This document shows, one piece after another, positions 50,850 to 61,095 of a stretch of 64,000 nt of DNA (position 1 is its first letter; each line of letters begins with the position of its first letter). Under the pieces are notes generated by a model, which saw only the letters and a list, made by a program, of their open reading frames with translations, was not told where the DNA came from and made no database searches. The translations under genes were made by a program, and so were the position numbers. The stretch comes from Octopus bimaculoides. Its lineage: Eukaryota. The stretch is from the NCBI RefSeq assembly GCF_001194135.2, contig NC_068983.1:66196672-66260671 (forward strand), written 5' to 3'.

Positions 50850-51630
50850 NNNNNNNNNNNNNNNNNNNNNNNNNNNNNNNNNNNNNNNNNNNNNNNNNNN
50901 NNNNNNNNNNNNNNNNNNNNNNNNNNNNNNNNNNNNNNNNNNNNNNNNNNNNNNNNNNNNNNNNNNNNNNNNNNNNNNNNNNNNNNNNNNNNNNNNNNNN
51001 NNNNNNNNNNNNNNNNNNNNNNNNNNNNNNNNNNNNNNNNNNNNNNNNNNNNNNNNNNNNNNNNNNNNNNNNNNNNNNNNNNNNNNNNNNNNNNNNNNNN
51101 NNNNNNNNNNNNNNNNNNNNNNNNNNNNNNNNNNNNNNNNNNNNNNNNNNNNNNNNNNNNNNNNNNNNNNNNNNNNNNNNNNNNNNNNNNNNNNNNNNNN
51201 NNNNNNNNNNNNNNNNNNNNNNNNNNNNNNNNNNNNNNNNNNNNNNNNNNNNNNNNNNNNNNNNNNNNNNNNNNNNNNNNNNNNNNNNNNNNNNNNNNNN
51301 NNNNNNNNNNNNNNNNNNNNNNNNNNNNNNNNNNNNNNNNNNNNNNNNNNNNNNNNNNNNNNNNNNNNNNNNNNNNNNNNNNNNNNNNNNNNNNNNNNNN
51401 NNNNNNNNNNNNNNNNNNNNNNNNNNNNNNNNNNNNNNNNNNNNNNNNNNNNNNNNNNNNNNNNNNNNNNNNNNNNNNNNNNNNNNNNNNNNNNNNNNNN
51501 NNNNNNNNNNNNNNNNNNNNNNNNNNNNATAGTAGTAGTAACAGAAAAGGAGGAATTTTGATTATCCCCATGTGGTGAGTTGTAATATATATAAAAGAAA
51601 TTAAAAAAGGGAAATACACATATAGTTTTT

Positions 51631-51673
51631 AATATATCAACCAGTTTCACTTTTGCTATTCATGATATTAAGG
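51631..51673 (-). ncRNA. Minimal type I hammerhead variant (A3-U8), left pLTR copy
   Basis: Minus: AUAUC-AUGAAUA-GC AAAA GU-GAAA-C UG GU U-GAUAU. Confidence 0.55.
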
Positions 51674-52312
51674 TTTACTTATTTGAATATGTATTTTCTT
51701 AAGAAGAAATTTTTGTCCATGTTGTGTGTGAATGAATAACTTCACAAGTAGAAAAATAAGGGAGAACTTAATTTATGTAATAACCTGCTCGGGTTGTGGA
51801 CAGAACTATATTGGACGGACAAATATGACCTTGAGACAGAGATCCACTCTACATAAGGAGAAAATCCATTTCCCACAATACAGGCAAATTCCTCTCAGTG
51901 AACATATAGAAAAATGTGCAGATAACATCAGACCAAATTTCACAGTCTTCCCCTTCTACCAGTAAAAAGACACAATTTCTCCACAAGAACGTTTAAATAA
52001 AGAAACTTTTTTCATCGAAAAATACAAAACATGTCTAAGTATGCATGCATAACCAACTTTTATCTTTTTACATATTTCAATTCACAATTACTTCACTGTA
52101 CATAAATCTCATTACTAAACAAGTTTTTCGACAGTTTTGTGTATATATATATATTCCCCTTCCCTTCCCTTACCCACAACAATAACAATAATAATGATAA
52201 CCAATTACCTCCCCTTATTTTTCTACTTGTGAAGTCATTCATTTGTAAATATCATAACACACAACATGGACAAAAATTTCTTCTTAAGAAAATACATATT
52301 CAAATAAGTAAA

Positions 52313-52356
52313 CCATAATATCATGAATAGCAAAACCGAAACCAGTCGATATATGG
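52313..52356 (+). ncRNA. Minimal type I hammerhead variant (A3-U8), right pLTR copy
   Basis: CCAU A AUAUC-AUGAAUA-GC AAAA CC-GAAA-C CA GU C-GAUAU AUGG; 9-bp stem I with a one-base bulge; GUC cleavage triplet ending at 52347. Confidence 0.6.
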
Positions 52357-52432
52357 AAAATTATATCAAAACTATGTAAAGTGTGTGTATTTTCCTTTTT
52401 TAATTTCTTGTATGTGTGTGTGTGTGCGTGTG

Positions 52433-52472
<40 letters not shown>

Positions 52473-52884
52473 TATGTATATATGTGAGTATATCTATCTA
52501 TCTATCTATATATATATATATATATATATATCAGAACATAAATTGCAAAGGATTAAAATGATTATTTAATGAACTTCATTAGCTTACAGCTGTTTCAACT
52601 ATAAGATGTGGTGGACTCATAATTGAGTACCTGAGTAACTACTTATAGTTTTAGCTGAGTCTTAAACATACTGGTACATACACACACACAAACACACATA
52701 CATAGATATAAATAAACCATTACCATAAGTATATAAATTTATGTCCCATTCATTTGAATCAAGTTTGATAAGTGCCAATGCATGAAACTTTTGGACCTTG
52801 AGTCACACTGCGACTTATGCTGACTATTAACAAAAAACATGTATTCATGTTTTGAGTACAACTTTTCCTGTTTGCATCACCAAA

Positions 52885-52929
<45 letters not shown>

Positions 52930-53813
52930 CTAGCTGTGTTAACAAACTAAAACATAATAATGATATATATATGTATCTATGTATGCATGTAGGCAGGCAG
53001 ATATCTTTATCTCCTACTGAACATGGATGTTGTGTTAAACACTGATATTCTATATATCTTTAACTCGAAGATAAAGATTATCTTCTGGTATTCACACTGC
53101 TTCTATCACTATTAAATATTTTTTAATAAGCCCACTGACTGTTGTGACATCAGTGCCTGAATAGACATTGATATTCTATATATTGTTGATTGGAGATTCA
53201 TCTGTTATGATGCAACTGGATATCTGTCACTCATGAGCTCAAAACAGAGGAAAATCACATGATCTGGCAGTTTCAGCAACAATATAAGAAAGAGTGCATT
53301 TATGTCTGTCAACAATATAATTAAATGTACACTCATACACCACAAGTCCATATTGGAGGTCCTCTCAAGGTAAATAACAGTATTCAGTGTGTCTTAACAC
53401 AACATCCACATTAAGTTGGNNNNNNNNNNNNNNNNNNNNNNNNNNNNNNNNNNNNNNNNNNNNNNNNNNNNNNNNNNNNNNNNNNNNNNNNNNNNNNNNN
53501 NNNNNNNNNNNNNNNNNNNNNNNNNNNNNNNNNNNNNNNNNNNNNNNNNNNNNNNNNNNNNNNNNNNNNNNNNNNNNNNNNNNNNNNNNNNNNNNNNNNN
53601 NNNNNNNNNNNNNNNNNNNNNNNNNNNNNNNNNNNNNNNNNNNNNNNNNNNNNNNNNNNNNNNNNNNNNNNNNNNNNNNNNNNNNNNNNNNNNNNNNNNN
53701 NNNNNNNNNNNNNNNNNNNNNNNNNNNNNNNNNNNNNNNNNNNNNNNNNNNNNNNNNNNNNNNNNNNNNNNNNNNNNNNNNNNNNNNNNNNNNNNNNNNN
53801 NNNNNNNNNNNNN

Positions 53814-54125
53814 CATGTGTAAAGACATTCAAGCGAGATCGTTGCCAGGGCCGCTGGACTGGCTCCTGTGCAGGTGGCACGTAAAATACACTATTTTGAG
53901 CGTGGCCGTTGCCAGTAGCACCTGACTGGCCTTCGTGCCGGTGGCACGTAAAAGCACCCACTACACTCTCGGAGTGGTTAGTGTTAGGAAGGGCATCCAG
54001 CTGTAGAAACTCTGCCAAATCAGATTGGAGCCTGGTGTAGCCATCTGGTTCATCAGTCCTCAGTCAAATCGTCCAACCCATGCTAGCATGGAAAGCGGAC
54101 ATTAAACGATGATGATGATGATGAT
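53814..54125 (+). mobile_element. RTE 3' tail, little decayed, after a gap
   Basis: Same family as the 7131, 49826 and 50618 copies; (GAT)n tail. Confidence 0.9.
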
Positions 54126-54314
54126 ATATCACTGTTTATGTTCCTTTTTCTATGTTGAAATGAGTTGGATCATCACTTTCCCGACGCACTGCATTATGAA
54201 TGTCTTTCTGTCATTAATGTATTTAGTCTCCTTTTTTGACATATAGGTAGATGGTACATTTTTTCCTGAAACCAGGAGATACTCAATATTCTCACATGTA
54301 TGTGTCCACGTATG

Positions 54315-54346
<32 letters not shown>

Positions 54347-54916
54347 CGTACGTACATATGTATGTGCACAGGTGTCCAGAGTAAGACTAAATATTTGTAT
54401 ATTAAAAGATAGATTTTTGCATATGATTTACATATTCATATAAATACATTCAACTGAATGCTGTGTTGGGGTGTTTGTTATTAAATCCCTGCTGTCAACC
54501 CTGTAACACTATGTAAATCTTGGTACACCAGTGATAGTTTACTTTCTTCTTTTCTTCTTATTTCTTGCATGTATGTGTGTATGTTTATGCTCTTCATAAA
54601 AAGACATATCTTTTGTAACTTCAGCAGTTGAGAGTTCAAGCAAGAGATCCCTGCTGAGTATTAAGAAGTATTGAAACTAACTCTCACATTCCTCTCTCTC
54701 TCACCTGTCAAAACTCCTGTGATTTATCCACAGGTAATGTTTACATAGTGAGATGAAGTAGATGTTCATTTAACATAGTGTATATGCTTTACATATACAC
54801 TTATATTCATAACAGCAGTGCTGGTGCTCTTGTTTTATAAGCATATACATTCATATATGTGCATGCGTGCGTGTGTTTATATGCATGTATGTATGAATGT
54901 ACGTAAATTTATCTAC

Positions 54917-54970
<54 letters not shown>

Positions 54971-55140
54971 NNNNNNNNNNNNNNNNNNNNNNNNNNNNNN
55001 NNNNNNNNNNNNNNNNNNNNNNNNNNNNNNNNNNNNNNNNNNNNNNNNNNNNNNNNNNNNNNNNNNNNNNNNNNNNNNNNNNNNNNNNNNNNNNNNNNNN
55101 NNNNNNNNNNNNNNNNNNNNNNNNNNNNNNNNNNNNNNNN

Positions 55141-55226
55141 TCTTCTACTATAGTCTCGGGCCGACCAAAGCCTCGTGAATGGATTTGGTAGATGGAAACT
55201 GAAAGAAGCCCGTTGTATATATGTAT

Positions 55227-55260
<34 letters not shown>

Positions 55261-55475
55261 TTATGTGTCTGTGTTTGTTCCCCACCACCATCGCTTGACA
55301 ACCGATGCTGGTGTGTTTACGTCCCCGTAACTTAGCAGTTTGGCAAAAAGAGACCGATAGAATAAGTACTAGGCTTACAAAGAATAAGTCCTGGGGTCGA
55401 TTTTCTCGACTAAAGGTGGTGCTCCAGTATGGCCACAGTCAAATGACAGAAACAAGTAAAAAAGTAAAAGAGTAA
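55141..55475 (+). mobile_element. CORE-type SINE (head lost in a gap)
   Basis: TCTTCTACTATAGTCTCGGGCCGACC..GGTGCTCCAGTATGGCCACAGTC..AAACAAGTAAAA. Confidence 0.9.
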
Positions 55476-55753
55476 GTCTAGACAAATGAGAAGAGCGAAA
55501 AGAAGCAAGAACAGAGAAGGGAGAAATAGGGATCTAGGGAGAGGAGGCATTAGAGAGAAAGAAGGAGGCAAGTCAGATACGGAGAAACAGAAAATTATAC
55601 AACCACATATATACATATATTTAAGTGTAAAGTTTTATTCAGTGAGTTTCGACACATTATAGCAACTTACACAAAACAAGTGTAAAATAACATATTATAA
55701 TGTAAACAACTGACCACATCAAATCAAGTTTATATATTAAAATAAGTTTGTAA

Positions 55754-55784
<31 letters not shown>

Positions 55785-56224
55785 TGTGTGTAGGTGTGCA
55801 TATGTGTATATAATCATATAATCTTGGAAAAGGTTAAGAAATGGTTATTGTTACAATATTTGTGAGTTCCAAACACTTTAATTAAAGTGAATTGAATATT
55901 TTCTAGATATGGTCATAATTTTCAAATAACCTGTTACACAATCACTATTACTTCTAAGGCCATCAAAAGAAAATCAATGATAGTTATTGAGACATAATAG
56001 GTATACATAATAGGTAAACTAACACACACATAAAATGATATAGAAAGAGAAATCTGCTTATTATAATTATGAATAATGTTGTCAAACAGTGATTGTTATC
56101 AAAATTAGTGAATCCCTAACACTTTATTTAAAATGACTTAAACATTATTTTATTAGAATCATAATACAAGATACTGTTTATATTATCTACTTAATTGTAT
56201 TATCTAACTATTGTTATCAAAAAT

Positions 56225-57170
56225 CATCATCATCATCATCATCATTTAACGTCCATTGTCCATGCTGGCATAAGTAGACAGTTTGACCAGGGCTGGCAAG
56301 CTGGAAGACTGCACCAGAGTCCAGTCTGATTTGGCATTGTTTCTACAGCTGGATGCCCTTCCTAGCGCCAACCATTCTGAGAGTGTAATGAGTCCTTTTA
56401 TATGCCACCAGCATGGGTGCCATTTGTGTGACATTGGTATCTGCCATGACTGTGATTTTACTCAGCTTGATGGGCCTTCTTTTCAAGCACAACATAATGC
56501 CAAAGGTCTCAATCATTGCCTCTCTGAGGCCCAATGATCAAAAGGTGCTCTTTACGTGCCACCAGCATGGGTGGCAGTTACATGACACTAGCATCAGTCA
56601 TGACTATGATTTCGATTGACTTGATGGGTCTTCTCAAGCACAGCATATAACCAAAGGTCTCAGTCACTTGTCGTTGCCTCTGTGAGGCTCAAAGTTTGAA
56701 GATCATGCTTCACCACCTCTTCTCAAGTCTTCCTAGGTCTACCTCTACCACAGATTCCCTTCACAGTTAGAGATCAGTACTTCTTTACACAGCTGTTTTC
56801 ATCCATATGCATCACATGACCATACCAGCACAGTTATCTCTCTTGCACACCACATCCAATGCCTCTTATGCCTAGTTTTTCTTTCAAGATGTTTACACTC
56901 TGTCGAACATGCACACTTACATTGCAAATCCAGTGAAGCATATTGGCTTCATTTCTTTCAAGCCCACACATGTCATGGCATTTCCTTGGTATGTCCCACA
57001 CATGTCACAGCCCATGTTTCACTGCCATGTAGCATAGCTGTATGCACACAGGCATCATACGATCTGACTTTCACTCTGAGAGATAGGCCCTTTGTTGCCA
57101 ATAGAAGCAGGAGCTCTTTGCACTTTACCAAGCCTAATATTATTCTCACAGCTATGCTAATGCTTCATCT
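56225..57170 (-). mobile_element. 5'-truncated RTE LINE
   Basis: (CAT)n tail, 3'UTR, and ORF end: KCKELLLLL..LRVKVRSYDACVHTAMLHGSETWAV..EKKLGIRG..RPRKT*EEVVKHDL. Confidence 0.88.
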
Positions 57171-57249
57171 AAAAGTAAACACAGTAAGTAGTGTTCACTG
57201 TATGTATTTGTGTGCATTTATATATACATACATGCACATGCACACACTC

Positions 57250-57512
57250 CCATGCTGGTAGCACCTAATAAGTACCATTCCAGCATGATCAATGCCAGTA
57301 CCACTTGACTGGCCCTCATGCTGGTGATACATAAAACGTACCCACTACACTCTCAGAGTGGTTGGCATTAGGAAGGACATCCAGCTGTAGAAACTTTGCC
57401 AGATCAGATTGGAGCCTGGTGCAGCCTTCTGGCTTGCCAAGCCTCAATCAAACCATCCAGCCCATGCCAGCATGGAAAGTGGACGTTAAATGACAATGAT
57501 GATGATGATGAT
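57250..57512 (+). mobile_element. RTE 3' tail
   Basis: CCCACTACACTCTCAGAGTGGTTGGCATTAGGAAGG..CATGGAAAGTGGACGTTAAATGACAAT(GAT)n. Confidence 0.88.
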
Positions 57513-57596
57513 GCACATGCACACACACACACACACACACACAAATACACTCACACACACACACACACAAATACACTCACATACACAAATACACAG

Positions 57597-57630
<34 letters not shown>

Positions 57631-57711
57631 GCATACGTATACGTAGGAAGATAGATATAGATATATATAGATATCCACCCTGCCCATGACAACATGGACA
57701 ATGAACATTAA

Positions 57712-57918
57712 ATGACGACAACAATGACAATGACAACGGTGACGACGACAATGACAACAACGACGGCAACAACGACGACGGCAACAACGACGACGGCAAC
57801 AACGACGACAGCAACNNNNNNNNNNGCAACAACGACGACGGCAACAACGACGACGGCAACAACGACGACGGCAACAATAACACCGACAACGACGACGACG
57901 ATGATGATGATGATGATG
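57712..57918. repeat. GAC/AAC/GGC trinucleotide array with a 15-bp higher-order unit
   Basis: Repeated GGCAACAACGACGAC units around a short gap, ending in (GAT)n. Confidence 0.9.
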
Positions 57919-58910
57919 ATTGTGGATATAAATTGTATTGTTCATTTGATGATAACTTCAACAAATTAATAAAATGAATGCACTCAGTATATTTGAGAGA
58001 TATTTATACCTTACAGACAGTACCTTATTTGCATATGGTGCTGTTTAATACTCATATATTGCCTCTTCTAGGTGAGAGGAACATTCATTCATAAATATTG
58101 TTTTTATCTAAAATAATCTCATGTTGCCAGTAACATTTTGTAAACAAACCAAACGATTGTTGCAAATGACCTAGGTCATAAATGTGTTCTACTCATTTTT
58201 GTATGTGTCCCTTGATTACTGGAGATAAAAGTAGGACAGTTGTTCTGCTGATGACAGCTACTGAGGCAGAAACAATTATGGAAGCAGACTACAACTGTCC
58301 TCTTATAATCAGACAATAAGCCTGCCCTTTCCTTAATGGTGGAGCATCCTTGAAACTTGAGATAATTTTCCTTTCTCTATTGAGATAATTTTCCTTTCTC
58401 AGTTGCCATTTGATAATTGTAACACATCCTCTTCAGGCAGAGGCTATTTTAATAAGTAAAAAAAATATTGATTTGTACGGTATCTGATATACCTGTATGT
58501 ATGTGTGTATGTATATATGAATGAATGTACACATGTATGCATGTGTGCATGCATACATGTGCATACACATGCACACACATACACACACATGTACGCACAT
58601 ACATGCACATGCACATGCACAAAATTAAAGCTGGAGGAAAATGTTTTTGTCATTGGAATATGACATTAATTGAACATATCAAATTAAACCAAATGACCTT
58701 TCTTTTGGATTCCCACATTACTATTGAGTAAATTTGTGATATTTGATAGTTTCTTTAAAACTGATAGATTCCAATGAATCTTTGATTAAAATTGTTACTC
58801 TTTTAGATGATACTTCGTCAAAAGAAATGGCTGAGCTTCTCCTTATTGAATTTAGGATAGATTTCTAAGAGTATATTGTGGATGGCTAACATTATGATCT
58901 ATGCAAACTA

Positions 58911-59128
58911 TTCTTTTCTACTCTAGGTACAAGGCCCGAAATTTTTGGGGGAGGGGGCCCAGTCAATTAGATCGACCCCAGTACACAACTGGTACTTAAT
59001 TTATCATCCCCAAGAGGATGAAAGGTAAAGTCGACCTCAGCAAAATTTGAACTCAGAACATAAAGACAGACAAAATGCCACTGTGCATATTGCCTGGCCT
59101 GCTAACGATTCTACCAGCTTGCTACCTT
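58911..59128 (-). mobile_element. Meta/Sauria-like SINE, full length, with imperfect TSD
   Basis: Reverse complement of the 30741-30957 copy; flanks TCTATGCAAACTA (58898-58910) and TCTATGCATAATA (59131-59143). Confidence 0.88.
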
Positions 59129-61095
59129 AATCTATGCATAATATTAAATGATTTGGTGTAACGTTTGACTGATATTTTTTGTCATCATGTTTAAATATTC
59201 TATCTAAGAAACTGGCTGCTTGAGAATGCGACTTAACGTAATTTTTAGATTCATATCATTGGGGCTTTTTTTTTTCCTGAACATACCTACTTGTTACATG
59301 TTGATATATTTGGAAATTAACAAGCTATTATCTTTTAATAGATTGAAATATATTGTGGATTAAGTTTAAAATATGAAAACTGAATACTTTTGAAATTCCA
59401 ATGCAGTATCTGGCTGCCATGCTTCTTTTGAAGTTCTTTAATACGTCTTTATTTATATGCGATAAGTTCTACAATTCACTTCTCATTCACAAAATAAAAC
59501 CTATTATCTATGCAAACACTGTCATGTATAACCTTATTGAGAACAGTGCATATTATATCAGATTGATGGCAAACTAATTTAAGATTAGATATTAGCAGCA
59601 AAACTTAGCATTTGGGATATTACAAAGACTATTTGACAATATCCACGCAACTCATGCCTGGTTTTCTAAAAAAGAAATAATTTAACCCACAATATTAGAC
59701 ATCACTTTTTATATACAGCAATACCTGATACACAGTCTATCACTTACTGGAGTCTATATACTTTTGAGCAACACCTAATTTTAAAACACAGCATGAAAGC
59801 ATAAATACAAAGATAATTGATTTATGCTTGTATATGCAACACCAACAGTATCCTAAAATACAAATAAAATATGATATTGCTATTTTCGTTTTTCTTTATT
59901 AAATATACTTTAACTTCAACAGCAACATTAGAGTGATCTCCCCTTAAATATAACTATTACAGCACTTTAGGAATAATTATATGTAGATATATATACAAAA
60001 TATATTTTATTTTTTCCCATAACACTAGTATAAACAAAATCACATAAAAAATAATTTTTTGATATATTCATTTGTTATCATTAAACTATTTAAACATCCA
60101 CACACATTCACAGACACCCATCACATGACAATACACAACCATTTAACACAACAGCCAATGATAACCAGCATAACTGCTGAATTATTACTTTTTCTTAAAC
60201 ATTAAATTATATCTAATTATACAAAGGTGGAATCATAGGATTTACGCTACAATATCTAATGGGCATGTGATAACAAAACTTAAACTTGTGATCTCAATAT
60301 ATAGTATTCAGTTATTAATATGATATATAATATTCTGCAAAGAAGCATGTTTTATCATTTTTTATTTTGTTGCTTTATGATAGTTTTAAATTTCTGAATG
60401 TGTGTGCATATGTATATCTATGTATTTCTCTCCCTCCCGCTCTCTCTCTCTACCTATCTCTCTCTTTCTCACTTGCTTGCTCTCTTAGTATATATATATA
60501 TATATATATATATNNNNNNNNNNNNNNNNNNNNNNNNNNNNNNNNNNNNNNNNNNNNNNNNNNNNNNNNNNNNNNNNNNNNNNNNNNNNNNNNNNNNNNN
60601 NNNNNNNNNNNNNNNNNNNNNNNNNNNNNNNNNNNNNNNNNNNNNNNNNNNNNNNNNNNNNNNNNNNNNNNNNNNNNNNNNNNNNNNNNNNNNNNNNNNN
60701 NNNNNNNNNNNNNNNNNNNNNNNNNNNNNNNNNNNNNNNNNNNNNNNNNNNNNNNNNNNNNNNNNNNNNNNNNNNNNNNNNNNNNNNNNNNNNNNNNNNN
60801 NNNNNNNNNNNNNNNNNNNNNNNNNNNNNNNNNNNNNNNNNNNNNNNNNNNNNNNNNNNNNNNNNNNNNNNNNNNNNNNNNNNNNNNNNNNNNNNNNNNN
60901 NNNNNNNNNNNNNNNNNNNNNNNNNNNNNNNNNNNNNNNNNNNNNNNNNNNNNNNNNNNNNNNNNNNNNNNNNNNNNNNNNNNNNNNNNNNNNNNNNNNN
61001 NNNNNNNNNNNNNNNNNNNNNNNNNNNNNNNNNNNNNNNNNNNNNNNNNNNNNNNNNNNNNNNNNNNNNNNNNNNNNNNNNNNNNNATATATATA

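Larger units (their letters stand above)
51595..52409 (+). mobile_element. 5'-truncated Penelope-like element: GIY-YIG endonuclease remnant between inverted pseudo-LTRs
   Basis: NLIYVITCSGCGQNYIGRT..LRQR..LH..PLSEHIEKC..FYQ*..ERLNKETFFIEKY (51764-52030); inverted repeat 51595-51762 / 52212-52409. Confidence 0.88.

Noticed and set aside
58356-58400. 23-bp tandem duplication (similar short ones at 6738, 18875, 29185, 32213, 45340)
   Set aside because: Ordinary slippage duplications with two or three units and no unique spacers; not CRISPR-like.
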